From a virus, in the IMG/VR virus record IMGVR_UViG_3300005264_000010, positions 1 through 64,000 of that record: a DNA stretch of 64,000 nucleotides. One strand, given 5' to 3'. Each line of letters starts with the position of its first letter. The stretch's first letter is position 1. Below, piece by piece: positions 31,766-42,023 of the stretch. The notes under the pieces are model-generated. The model had not been told where the DNA came from, searched no databases, and saw only the letters and a list, made by a program, of their open reading frames with translations. A program made the position numbers and the translations under genes.

Positions 31766-33304
31766 ATGGCTTCAGCATTAAAAAATATACAATCAAATTC
31801 TAATAGCTACAATCTAGTTAATAGTTATAACAATCTAGTTGAGGGTTTAGGAAAACATAAATATAAAAACTTCATTAAGAATAACAAAACTGATTTTATT
31901 GTTAAGAATGATTTGAATTATGATTTAGGAAGTCTTGATCTAGTAGATGAGATCGATAAAACTAAATTTAGCTTATCTTATTGGTATCATTCAGTCTCTG
32001 AAAATAATTCGGATGATGTTGGTATGCTATTAAGTGAAGCTACATTAGCTGAAATTACTAAAGATGAATTAAATAAATTACATGATATTCCTGTTATATT
32101 AGATACTACCAATAAAATATCACAAGAAATTAGTGTTGAATTGAGAAAGCAAACTGATTATGTGATTGCTGTTGAATATCAAATTAAAAATATTGAGTTA
32201 GATGCAGATCCAATAATAAATAGGATTGAAACTGTAGCCACTAAGAATTTAACTATTAGTTTAGAAGTAGATGATGGGAGTTCATATATACCTTTAAATT
32301 CAAGCCATTTTACTACTAATGATATTGATTATAAAATTGCTAATAGTTCAAATTACACCTATCAAAAGCTATTTATAATTAAGAATTTGAACGAGTATAA
32401 TGGAGATACTAATTTTAAATTAACATTGGGTGGATCTATAGATGATGATAATTTAAATATAATAATTAAGTCTACATCTTTTTATGAAGGAAATATTTTA
32501 ATTCCAAGCCTTGCTAATAATGATAGTATTGAAGATTTTATTAACTTTGAAGATAAAGTTTGGAGACTATCTAATGATGGATATAATTTTACACCAATTA
32601 ACAATACTAATTTAATAACAGTTGGTTTGACTGGTAAATACTCAACATTAAATGAAGCATTATCTAGTGAAATTAGTGGTTCTTTATTTTTCTTGGTATC
32701 AGATGTCAATCTTAACAACTCTTCTGTTTTAGGTGCTGGGTGTTCAATATATGGTAATGGATTTAGTATAAATACAGATACTTCAATATTAACAGTATTT
32801 CCATCAGAAAAACCAAACTCAATTAAAGATGTTCAAATAAATGGAGGTACTAATAATCTTAGACTCTATAATACAGATAACGTAACTTTAGAAAATATAG
32901 TATTTAATGAAATTGTCGGAGATGGTAGCTCTCAGTTATATATACTTAATTCGAATAAGATTGTTGGTAGGGGTTTAAAATTTATTAATAATAATTTAAA
33001 AGCTAGTAAATGTGTAGAGTTGTCCAGTTCAAGTAATTGTGATTTATCAATTAATAGTATAACTAATTATGGATATGAGAATGGGCTTGATATGTCTGGA
33101 AGTGGTGTTTATCTAATAAATTCAGATAATAATAGAATATATATAAATTCAGTTGAAACAGAAATTAGTTCAAGTATAACTACTTCTGAATTAAATGCTG
33201 TTGAAGAAGTTAGTTCTAATAATAATAATATAACTATACTTAATCATAATGTAGTTGATAATAATTTAATTATTGATGATGATGAACCTGGGGTAGTAGA
33301 ATAA
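31766..33304 (+). CDS. Virion structural protein with a probable C-terminal beta-helix
   Basis: Late promoter at 31736; G.YSTLNEAL then N/S-rich repeats. Confidence 0.55.
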   Translation: MASALKNIQSNSNSYNLVNSYNNLVEGLGKHKYKNFIKNNKTDFIVKNDLNYDLGSLDLVDEIDKTKFSLSYWYHSVSENNSDDVGMLLSEATLAEITKDELNKLHDIPVILDTTNKISQEISVELRKQTDYVIAVEYQIKNIELDADPIINRIETVATKNLTISLEVDDGSSYIPLNSSHFTTNDIDYKIANSSNYTYQKLFIIKNLNEYNGDTNFKLTLGGSIDDDNLNIIIKSTSFYEGNILIPSLANNDSIEDFINFEDKVWRLSNDGYNFTPINNTNLITVGLTGKYSTLNEALSSEISGSLFFLVSDVNLNNSSVLGAGCSIYGNGFSINTDTSILTVFPSEKPNSIKDVQINGGTNNLRLYNTDNVTLENIVFNEIVGDGSSQLYILNSNKIVGRGLKFINNNLKASKCVELSSSSNCDLSINSITNYGYENGLDMSGSGVYLINSDNNRIYINSVETEISSSITTSELNAVEEVSSNNNNITILNHNVVDNNLIIDDDEPGVVE

Positions 33305-33319
33305 AAATTGGAGAAATAA

Positions 33320-34702
33320 ATGAGTATTAAAGATATAAAATGTGATGGTAATTCAAGTAATAATATTATAGATATACCTAATGGAAGTTTTGGGATAGAA
33401 ACAAATAACTCAAATGAAATTAGAAATAATCAAAGTATATCTAATGATGGTAAAATTGTTTTATATAATGATGTTATAACATCTAATGCAAATGCTACAT
33501 CAAATAATTTAGTAACTAGTTCTGGCTCTTTGAATGACAGATTTAATGAGATTGAAAGTGATATTATTAATTTAGGATCTGTGACTAATGATAATACTAT
33601 TTTTAGCGTAGTTGATGACGATGCTAATAATAGGAAGTTAATATCAACTGTAAAATCTGGAGAGAAATGTGCTGGGACAAATACAGTTACTACGAGTACA
33701 ATTGTCATTCAATGTACTGATACAAGTTTATTTGAGGGTAGCAATACATCAATTAGAATAGTTAATAAAGAGAATACAGCAAAATTTCATATAGCAGAAG
33801 TTACTTCAGTTTCATCTAATACGAGTATTACAATTTCACCTGCATTAGATTTAAATGACTTTCCAAATCCAACTGATGTTGATCTTTATACAATGAATTA
33901 TAATACTTGTATGCAAGTAGGAGATGTGATTGGTACATCTTATGATGATATGATGCAAAGTTTATTAATGTGGAATACACCCACAAAAAGTTATTTACAA
34001 GTAGTACCTCAAGGTGATAAAGATACAAGTAAAGTATTACAAATAGCTTCAAGGAGTGGTAATAATTTACAAACATTAGAGCTTAAATCAGCTGAAACTA
34101 AATTGTATGGAAATGTGGAAGTAGATGGCTCTTTGGATGTTGGTGGGAATGTTTGGCTTGGAGATACTGGAGTTCTAAGAACTAACACTATAGAGCCAGG
34201 ACTTGGAAGTGGTGTTAAAGTAAATTCGTTACTAACGAATAAAAGTTGTTTTATTGATGGGTATGTTTCAGCCACTACAGGAATTACTTTAACTACAACT
34301 TTTATTTCTATTGCTGCTTTTGTTGCTAATGGAACTATAATGGAATCAAACCCACTTAATATTGAATTTAATAATAGTGGAGCAGCCACTAATATTTACT
34401 TTAAAAGTTCATATCTTTTTGGATATTATAGAGTTTCCATCAATATTTCATTGTATGGTGCAGTAACAGCAGATAGTATGGAAATAGGATTATTCTCTTA
34501 CGATACAGATCCAGTGAGTTATTATAATTATGCTGAAGTAGGATCTAGTGGTTCTGGTGGAGGCTCTTTCACTAAAATTATTAAAGTTGATGCCGATCAC
34601 CGTAATTGGAAAGTACAACTTTCTGGGATACATTCAAGTAATTTAAACCATATTAAGATAAAATATGCGAGTATTTCAGCAGAATATATAAGTGATCTAT
34701 AA
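33320..34702 (+). CDS. Tail fibre/receptor-binding-like protein
   Basis: G/N/S/T-rich; GNVEVDGSLDVGGNV fibre-like motif; co-transcribed with the upstream late gene. Confidence 0.55.
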   Translation: MSIKDIKCDGNSSNNIIDIPNGSFGIETNNSNEIRNNQSISNDGKIVLYNDVITSNANATSNNLVTSSGSLNDRFNEIESDIINLGSVTNDNTIFSVVDDDANNRKLISTVKSGEKCAGTNTVTTSTIVIQCTDTSLFEGSNTSIRIVNKENTAKFHIAEVTSVSSNTSITISPALDLNDFPNPTDVDLYTMNYNTCMQVGDVIGTSYDDMMQSLLMWNTPTKSYLQVVPQGDKDTSKVLQIASRSGNNLQTLELKSAETKLYGNVEVDGSLDVGGNVWLGDTGVLRTNTIEPGLGSGVKVNSLLTNKSCFIDGYVSATTGITLTTTFISIAAFVANGTIMESNPLNIEFNNSGAATNIYFKSSYLFGYYRVSINISLYGAVTADSMEIGLFSYDTDPVSYYNYAEVGSSGSGGGSFTKIIKVDADHRNWKVQLSGIHSSNLNHIKIKYASISAEYISDL

Positions 34703-35000
34703 TATCTTACTTCGTTCCTCTTCAATATCTCTCTCAAGTAATGCTCGTTCTTTTAGTTCGAGCATTTCATTTCTAAAATTAGCAAAACATCCACATTTAG
34801 CTAAATTCTCCATTTCACATATTTTATTATCATTACATTCATGATATTCTTTAGTTTGTATAAAAGTCATTTTGTCTAATAAGTATTGATTAAAAATTGA
34901 TATTGCTTCTTCTTCACTTACTTTAATATCTACTTCTTCCATTAAAAAATTCCTTATGTTTTTATTGTATTTATAAATATAAATAAAATAGGATTTACTT

Positions 35001-35678
35001 ATGATACAATACTCTCATTTATCACAGCAAGAGAAATATAAACTTTCATTTGCTTCTGCATTTAAAAATACTATATTACCTAGATATGATGTTGATGGTA
35101 ATATTTCTAAGTATATATTAGTACCACTCACTTTTGCTCAAAACTCAAAACTCTTTGATATTGCCAATGGAACTCATATAAGAAACGCTATGAATCCTGT
35201 GAATGAAATTGATGTGTCTTTTCCCATTCCATCTATGTCTTTAACTTTTGGTGATTTAACTCCAAATCCAGAAGGTAATCTTAATCAAAACTATTTAGTT
35301 GATAAAGAAAATAGTATATTCACTCCTAGTAGTTTTATGACTTCAATAACACTAAATATAATTACTAAATCTACATCTGATACAGATATGATAATTGAAC
35401 AGATAATCCCATTATTCAAAGATGCTTATGCCGTTACTTGTAATTTGGGCGGAGATATTAAACATGAGATGGTAGTTGAAATGGAAAGTGTTGACTTAGC
35501 TTACCCAGAAGAATGGCAACTTGATGATGTTGGTTTAATTGAAAGTTCTATTTCATTCTCAACTGATATTAGTATATTTAGATTCCCTAGAGAATTACCT
35601 ACTGATATGGGATTAGAGATGGGTGTCATTGCTAAAAATGGTTTAGATACAATGACACTTATTGATGACTTAATATAG
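35001..35678 (+). CDS. Tail sheath stabilizer/completion protein (gp15-like)
   Basis: ILVPLTFAQ..K, IPSMS, IIEQIIPLF; late promoter at 34972. Confidence 0.8.
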   Translation: MIQYSHLSQQEKYKLSFASAFKNTILPRYDVDGNISKYILVPLTFAQNSKLFDIANGTHIRNAMNPVNEIDVSFPIPSMSLTFGDLTPNPEGNLNQNYLVDKENSIFTPSSFMTSITLNIITKSTSDTDMIIEQIIPLFKDAYAVTCNLGGDIKHEMVVEMESVDLAYPEEWQLDDVGLIESSISFSTDISIFRFPRELPTDMGLEMGVIAKNGLDTMTLIDDLI

Positions 35679-36845
35679 TATGTCAAGTATTCTTTTACAG
35701 TAATTTTTCAATCCAAATCTTTCGATTTGATTAGTTTCATATTCACTAATACCAATAACTGAAGAGTTGAATATTTGAAATATATAATTTCTATATTCTT
35801 TAGGAACTACTTCATTGACTTTAATTGCAAATTCTTTCTTATCAGTTATAAATAAATTACTCATTTCTAATTGATAATTCATAGCTCTAATTTTATAATC
35901 TATATATCTTTTCTTAATTTCTTCAACTTCATCTTTATAATGTGGAAAATATCCTAATACTTCATCAACTTCATTATTAATAATTAACATCAATATACTA
36001 ACATTATTATTCACTCTACCTAACATTCTATGCAATTCAATATATCTTGGACTTTTAACTTTTACTCTAGTATAACTTCTAGTTTCATCATTAAATTTAG
36101 AATAATCAACAGCAACATAGCCTTCAAATGTTGCTTCATTCTCAGTATGTAATTTTTCAATATCCTTTATACTATAAACATCATAAATATCTTTAGCATA
36201 AGGAATACCGATTTCATGAGATATTGCTTGTAACATTTTATAACTTACTTCATCAAAATTATCACATCTATCCCTAGCAGTGATTAACGTAAGAGTAGTC
36301 TCAGAATATGGAGTTACTATTCTATTATTTGGTGATGTCAATTCAAATATATATATTAGTTGATCATCAAAATAATTTATAACTAATTTATCATGAAGTG
36401 TATGTGTATCTAACTTCTTATTAGGTAAAGCATCTAATACTAAATCAGTAAATGTCTTATCACTATTTTCACTTGGTTTAGCTACATTATCAATTGAACC
36501 AGATGTTGCAATTCTCCATTGACATTTATACTGAAAAATAGTGATTAAACTACCATCCATTTTCTCAAATATATTAGCATTATAGAAATCAAAATCATTG
36601 TCTTCTTCAATTTCCCCAAAATTAAAGAATCTATTAAATCCCATAGAAACTATATCAAAAGTACCCATCTCTAATATAAGTGATCTACATTCTCTAACAA
36701 TTGGATGTGATTTATGTTTATGTGAATCTATTTGTGAATATTTTAATAATACTAAATCATCTTTAATTTTATAATTAATACCAAATTCATTTTTTAAATC
36801 ATCTAATGTATTATTTTGAAGATATTCCTGGGTTTTTAATAGCAT
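35670..36845 (-). CDS. RNA ligase 1 (T4 RnlA-like)
   Basis: ECRSLIL, FNRFFN.GE, EKMDGS, FELTSPNNRIV, EGYV, RVKVKS. Confidence 0.9.
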   Translation of the reverse strand: MLLKTQEYLQNNTLDDLKNEFGINYKIKDDLVLLKYSQIDSHKHKSHPIVRECRSLILEMGTFDIVSMGFNRFFNFGEIEEDNDFDFYNANIFEKMDGSLITIFQYKCQWRIATSGSIDNVAKPSENSDKTFTDLVLDALPNKKLDTHTLHDKLVINYFDDQLIYIFELTSPNNRIVTPYSETTLTLITARDRCDNFDEVSYKMLQAISHEIGIPYAKDIYDVYSIKDIEKLHTENEATFEGYVAVDYSKFNDETRSYTRVKVKSPRYIELHRMLGRVNNNVSILMLIINNEVDEVLGYFPHYKDEVEEIKKRYIDYKIRAMNYQLEMSNLFITDKKEFAIKVNEVVPKEYRNYIFQIFNSSVIGISEYETNQIERFGLKNYCKRILDILY

Positions 36846-37779
36846 TTAGTTTCTCCTCTAATATTCCCTCTATATTATCAAATTCTATATAAGGTATTCT
36901 AATTAGTTTGATATTATTGTTTTTACAATATTCATTTTTTGTTTTATCATTAATCTGAGTTTGTTTAAAATTATTTTCTGCTTTCCCTTCAGATATATTA
37001 TTAAACTGCACTGGATAGAAATGCTGTTGTCCATCATATTCTATAATAATATTATATTTAGATAAATAGAAATCAAATAGTAGTGATCTTTTTGACTCAA
37101 CATTTCTACAACCATCAAATACTTTTTCTCGAACAAAATTTATATTGTTCTCTTCTAACCAAATTCTAACTGTATATTCACCTTTTGACTCTTTAGATGA
37201 ACAAACTTTACATCTAGTTTGTCCAGCTTTAAATCTGCTAAAACTGGCACTGAAAATTCTTTTACATTTACACTCAATGTCTAAAAATTTTTTAATTCCA
37301 GTGTATTCTAAAGATATTAATTTACACCCCATATTACATATTGTTTCTTTAACATATTTATATGAATATGTTTGAGCTGTGTTCTTTTCTCCTACACTAC
37401 ACTTATTACACTTATATTTTTTCCTACCTTTGAATTTAGCCCAAGTAGTTTCAAATATATTATTACATTCAATAGTTTCACAAGTGAAAATTAAATTTGT
37501 TGAATTATTAATATATTCTGTTGATAGACATTTACAATTTGAATGTGTCTCTGTATATTCTATTATTTTCTCAATAGTTAATCTGCCTAAACCAGAACAT
37601 TCATTACATTGATGTTTGCTTCCTTTAAATTCCATAAAACTTTTATTAAAAAATTCACCACAATGGCACTTAAATATTAGTTTTTCTTTGATACCATTAT
37701 ATTCTGTTGATATTAAGGTGCATTTAGTGTGAGCTTCTACAAAATCATTTACATCTTGGATTGTTATTAGCTTTGGCAT
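36811..37779 (-). CDS. Free-standing homing-endonuclease-like protein (three Zn-binding repeats plus Vsr-like nuclease)
   Basis: Three repeats of the type LISTEY....KL.FKC.C..F...F.....C..C; LFDFYLSKYNIIIEYDGQQHF...KNEYC...IKLIRIPY. Confidence 0.8.
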   Translation of the reverse strand: MPKLITIQDVNDFVEAHTKCTLISTEYNGIKEKLIFKCHCGEFFNKSFMEFKGSKHQCNECSGLGRLTIEKIIEYTETHSNCKCLSTEYINNSTNLIFTCETIECNNIFETTWAKFKGRKKYKCNKCSVGEKNTAQTYSYKYVKETICNMGCKLISLEYTGIKKFLDIECKCKRIFSASFSRFKAGQTRCKVCSSKESKGEYTVRIWLEENNINFVREKVFDGCRNVESKRSLLFDFYLSKYNIIIEYDGQQHFYPVQFNNISEGKAENNFKQTQINDKTKNEYCKNNNIKLIRIPYIEFDNIEGILEEKLNAIKNPGISSK

Positions 37780-37788
37780 ATTAAATTT

Positions 37789-37900
37789 CCTGTTTAGTTT
37801 ATAGTTTTAGTTATATGTATTTATAAAACTATTATAGGGTGTAAGTATATTTAAACAGGAAATATACTTTACAAGGGTAACTAGTCCTTTACACCCTATA
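37789..37900 (-). ncRNA. Structured leader RNA C upstream of endonuclease 36811..37779
   Basis: Minus strand: P1 TATAGGGTGT/ACACCCTATA; P2 AAGG-ACTAGTTAC-CCTT; P3 AAGTATATTT/AAATATACTT with loop CCTGTTT complementary to AAACAGG at the SD (37789-37795). Confidence 0.7.
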
Positions 37901-37979
37901 TAATTGATATTATACCATAATCTTCTTCAAGTTCAATTAAAGTATGATTCTGTAAGTATTCTTGCACTTTTAATAACAT
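37896..37979 (-). pseudogene. Orphaned duplicate 5' end of RNA ligase 1
   Basis: Encodes MLLKVQEYLQNHTLIELEEDYGI(ISII*), versus the intact gene start MLLKTQEYLQNNTLDDLKNEFGI. Confidence 0.85.
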
Positions 37980-38645
37980 TTAATTTCCCCCACAATAAAA
38001 TCTCTCAGTGTAAAAATTATTATCTTTTGTTATAGGCTGAATGTCAACTATATCCATAATATTTATTGAATCTCCTATTTTTCTAAATATTGGCATGAAA
38101 GTAGGATCTAATCGACCTTTATAAACATAGTAATTAAATTTAGTTAGTATTCTCCATCCTAATTTATTATAATTGCTTCTATAATTAGATTTTTTAAGTG
38201 GTGAAGGTTTATCTAGTAATGAAAAGAAATAAGTTGCTTTCTTTAATCTGAATTTACTCTTTCTGCCTCTAGGATATTTAGCTTTCATTATAAGCTCCTT
38301 TAGATAAATCAGCACTCATCCATTCATTTTCGTCGTCATCCTCATAAAATGGAAATTCTATTTCTTCTTTAGTATAATACTTTTCTTGAAAATTTCTATC
38401 TATTTCTTCTTCACTAGCTAATAATTTACCTTCTTCAGGAATAACTCTTTGTTCTTTTCTAGTTTGTTCTTTTCTAGCTTCTTTTAACTTATTCAGAATT
38501 TCTAAATTGATATAGTATATATGATTAGGACAATGCTCTAACATACTCTCTACCATTTCAATATCTTTCATTGTTACATACATTTTTTATTTCTCCTTTT
38601 TAATCATACTTATAATATAATCAAACTATTGAATAATGTCAAGAA

Positions 38646-39674
38646 CTAAAAATTATTATCAATTATATTTAAGAAATTATCTTTAACTATTTTTCTACAT
38701 TCATTTCCCATAATCTTACTAATTGCATTAAAATTGTCATCAAGGATATTATCTTTTTTCCAATCATCAATGACATCCTTAACAAACAGACCAGCAATTT
38801 TTGAAAAATCTTTATCACTCACCTCACCAATTTTAGACAATACATTCCTTAGTCTATTTGAATTTACTAACTCTAATATTTCACCAAGTAATAAATCTTG
38901 TTCTGGATTTAGTAGTATAACTTGTTTAACTTTCTTTGGTTTAGTTCTAGTCTCTTTCTCTTTAAACTTATCATTCTTATTTTTGATAATAACTCTAGTA
39001 TCACCCATGTAATCAACTCTATCCCAAGACTTTATCACATTACCCTCACAAATATTATTCTCTAGTTTAGGCAGTCCAAAACCAGCATATATTTTACTTT
39101 CATATTCATTTGGGAAATATAAGCATTCATCAAAAGTTCCTTTAAATAATGGTTTACTCCAAGTAATATTTGGTGTATATGTTTTAGATATAAACCCAGC
39201 AATAGCATTCATCATATCTGAATATGATATATAATGACCATCTATTTTAACATCAAAAATATAAAAGATATTAGCCGGATGGTAACTTACTCCTTTTTGT
39301 ACTTTCTTACTATGAACATTTCTTAGTTCTCTAACTAATTCATCTTTACTTTCATACAAACCACCGGCAATTTCACCAAAGACTGTTATCTCAGTAACAT
39401 TTTTTCTATCTTGTAAGTATTCAAATAAATCTTTAGTGAATTTTTCTATTTGTGTCTTGATTGTATTTAATCCCATAAAACTATCTTCAATACCTAAAAA
39501 TTGTGTTCTTTTAGCAAACTTCATTTCTTTACCATCATACCAAACAGATAGATTTGAACCATGGACTTTTTCAGTTACAACAAATTCTCCTCTATTCTTA
39601 CCTTGTTCAATTATTTTATTAATAAACTTAGTGCGATAACTGTTTTCGATGCTACTAAATTTTTTGAATTCCAT
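38646..39674 (-). CDS. RNA ligase 2 (Rnl2 family)
   Basis: FKKFSSIENSY, EKVHGSN, FGEIAGG, FDV, EGNVIK, IKNKNDKFKE, NRLRNVLSKIG. Confidence 0.9.
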   Translation of the reverse strand: MEFKKFSSIENSYRTKFINKIIEQGKNRGEFVVTEKVHGSNLSVWYDGKEMKFAKRTQFLGIEDSFMGLNTIKTQIEKFTKDLFEYLQDRKNVTEITVFGEIAGGLYESKDELVRELRNVHSKKVQKGVSYHPANIFYIFDVKIDGHYISYSDMMNAIAGFISKTYTPNITWSKPLFKGTFDECLYFPNEYESKIYAGFGLPKLENNICEGNVIKSWDRVDYMGDTRVIIKNKNDKFKEKETRTKPKKVKQVILLNPEQDLLLGEILELVNSNRLRNVLSKIGEVSDKDFSKIAGLFVKDVIDDWKKDNILDDNFNAISKIMGNECRKIVKDNFLNIIDNNF

Positions 39675-40204
39675 TTTATTCTCCTTTAATTATTTTTATA
39701 ACCACCAATTCCAATTAAATAATCTAATGCTTCATCTTGTCCATCACTAATCCACTTTTCGTGATTTAAAGCTTGTCCATATTTATTAAATTCTACAACT
39801 TCTCCATTTTTTCTAGCAGTCACATTTTCAAGACCATATAATTTAATTTGACACTTTATATCATAGTAAGCAATTGTATTTTCTACACTACCAACCAATT
39901 CATCACCCTCATAAATATCAAAATTGATATTTTCTAAATTATTATCTATTTTTAGTTTCATTTTATTACCTCTTATATAATATTAGTTTTATATCTCTTA
40001 TAACACGATTCATTGTTGATATTTCATCATATAGTGAATCTGTTTTTATATAATAATCATTAGTTTCTCCTGATGGAGCTGGTTCATATTCGTTTTCTTC
40101 AGCATACTCTATCTCCTCCCACAATTCAGATACCTCTTCTTCATATTCTTTTATTAGGTTATATAAGTTTTTTCTCTTTTGCTTCTTCTTACTTATATTC
40201 TTCA

Positions 40205-40639
40205 TTATGAAAACTCCCTCCCAATTAAATTAGTAAATCTAATTGGACAGTTATAATATAACATATCCATAAATTCTACACCAGTATATAAATCATTATT
40301 AATTTCATCTCTAATACACTTTACATTTCTATTTATATTACAAAATTCATATAATTCATCTCTTGTTATTGCATAAGTGAAAGTTGATATAGAAGTGACA
40401 CCTTCAATAGATTCATTTCTTGGTGGTTCAAATCCTAATTCTATCATTACTGCTCTATTATCTTCTTTTGGTTTTTGACCACAGTCAGGACATCCATCAT
40501 TCCATTCAGATTTACTATCATGTATTTTAAATATTCCACTCATACATAATGATATTTCACAATCCCAACAATAATTTCCACCTGCTGATCTTTTACCCAG
40601 ATGTTGATTATCTTCTATTTTATAAAAATTCATTCCCAT
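40205..40639 (-). CDS. Hypothetical Zn-binding protein
   Basis: HLGKRSAG, CWDC, CPDCG. Confidence 0.55.
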   Translation of the reverse strand: MGMNFYKIEDNQHLGKRSAGGNYCWDCEISLCMSGIFKIHDSKSEWNDGCPDCGQKPKEDNRAVMIELGFEPPRNESIEGVTSISTFTYAITRDELYEFCNINRNVKCIRDEINNDLYTGVEFMDMLYYNCPIRFTNLIGREFS

Positions 40640-41053
40640 TTTTACTTCCCCTTCTATTTAATAAACATACATATAATTATGATCTTCTTCATAAATAGTT
40701 AAATATTCCAATATACTTTTCATTACATCATATCCATTTACGGTTTTGATAGTAAAAGAACCATATCCATAATTTGATGGGATCTTATATTCAACATCAT
40801 TTATATCAATTTCTAGTCTATCTAAAATATACAAAATCTTTTGATGAACTTCACTTTCTCCTTGATTAGAATTAGTGCTATCATCTACAGAAGTAGGTAA
40901 ATGGTAGTTGCTATTATTAAAAAAATTCTTAATAGTAATAACATCTTTTATATTCTTAACTCTTTTTCTAAAGCTAGAATTTAATTTATCATAAGTAACA
41001 TATTTACAAAAATTATTCATTTCATTTCTCCTTTTAAATAGTTTAACAATTCA

Positions 41054-41115
41054 AATATAATAATAATTTTTAATAATGTCAAGCTTTATTTTTAATACTT
41101 TTATAAATATAAATA
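41054..41115. promoter_or_regulatory. Back-to-back early(-)/late(+) promoter cassette
   Basis: Minus-strand TTGACA-N17-TATATT abuts plus-strand TATAAATA; the same layout occurs at 44449-44503 and 62987-63039. Confidence 0.8.
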
Positions 41116-41131
41116 AAATATAGGTAAATTA

Positions 41132-41677
41132 GTGAGTAAAAAATCAATCAAATATTTGAAGTCTATAGAAAATGAAAGGGAATTTAATGATATATTTATT
41201 ATTTCATTTCTTGGTTTATTAGGATTATCTGTAATAAATGCAAATAATAATCTTCTATTACTTAAAATGAAGAAGTATAGAGTTATATTAAATCAACTAA
41301 ATGATGACTCTATGGATATTTATTATATTATACAATCATTATATGATCAAAAGAAAATTAAAATATCATTTGCTTTAGATTTAATAGATGTCCTTCAGAA
41401 GTTTAGACAACCAAATTTTACATTTTCTTTAGTAGAGCAGGAAATTAAAGAATTATTAGAAGATTTACCTCCAATTATTTATACTAAATTATCTGGAGAT
41501 GTTAAGTTATTTTTTAAGGCATATTTACATAGTGAATTGATTGATTGGAATATAACTAAATTAGTGAATAAGTTTTATAGTTTTGCTAATAGAAAGAAAT
41601 ATACTGAAATTGATTTCGTACAACTAGCAAAAAATATGAAACGAATGGAGGTAGAAAGTGAAGATATTCGATCTTAA
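41132..41677 (+). CDS. Late protein homologous to the N-terminal domain of the PARP-like protein
   Basis: FIISFLGLLGL vs FYINFIGFLSL; NDDSMDIYYII vs SENNDISYIL; FYSFANRKK..EIDF vs LYKYARKNK.SIEF. Confidence 0.55.
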   Translation: MSKKSIKYLKSIENEREFNDIFIISFLGLLGLSVINANNNLLLLKMKKYRVILNQLNDDSMDIYYIIQSLYDQKKIKISFALDLIDVLQKFRQPNFTFSLVEQEIKELLEDLPPIIYTKLSGDVKLFFKAYLHSELIDWNITKLVNKFYSFANRKKYTEIDFVQLAKNMKRMEVESEDIRS

Positions 41678-42023
41678 TAAAAAGTTTTATATTAAGAATA
41701 AAGATATTGTTATATTAGAAAGGCAAAATGCTATAAAAGAAGCTATAAACAATGTTTTAGGGCTTAACGAACTAGATATACCAATGTCAAAAGATATTGG
41801 AGCTAACATCAACTATGCACAGTTAAAATCAATATCTCATTCAACAGCAAGTGATATGGTAAAGAAAATAGATATTGCAATTAATGGTATTGAATATGTT
41901 TCTGATGTAGATATAAAATTTTACTATGAAACAAGTACACAGAATATGACAATTAAAGTTAAAACTAAAGATTTAACTGAAAATATTGATATAGATATAA
42001 ATTTAGCTGAAGTGAGTATATAA
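41658..42023 (+). CDS. Baseplate wedge protein (gp25-like)
   Basis: NAIKEAINNVLG.....PM..DIGANI pattern; 121 aa. Confidence 0.65.
   Translation: MKIFDLNKKFYIKNKDIVILERQNAIKEAINNVLGLNELDIPMSKDIGANINYAQLKSISHSTASDMVKKIDIAINGIEYVSDVDIKFYYETSTQNMTIKVKTKDLTENIDIDINLAEVSI

Noticed and set aside
36811-37900. Group I intron in the RNA ligase gene
   Set aside because: The non-coding part is only about 120 nt with no recognisable P4/P7 core. The ligase has its own SD and a duplicated N-terminus downstream, so splicing is unnecessary.
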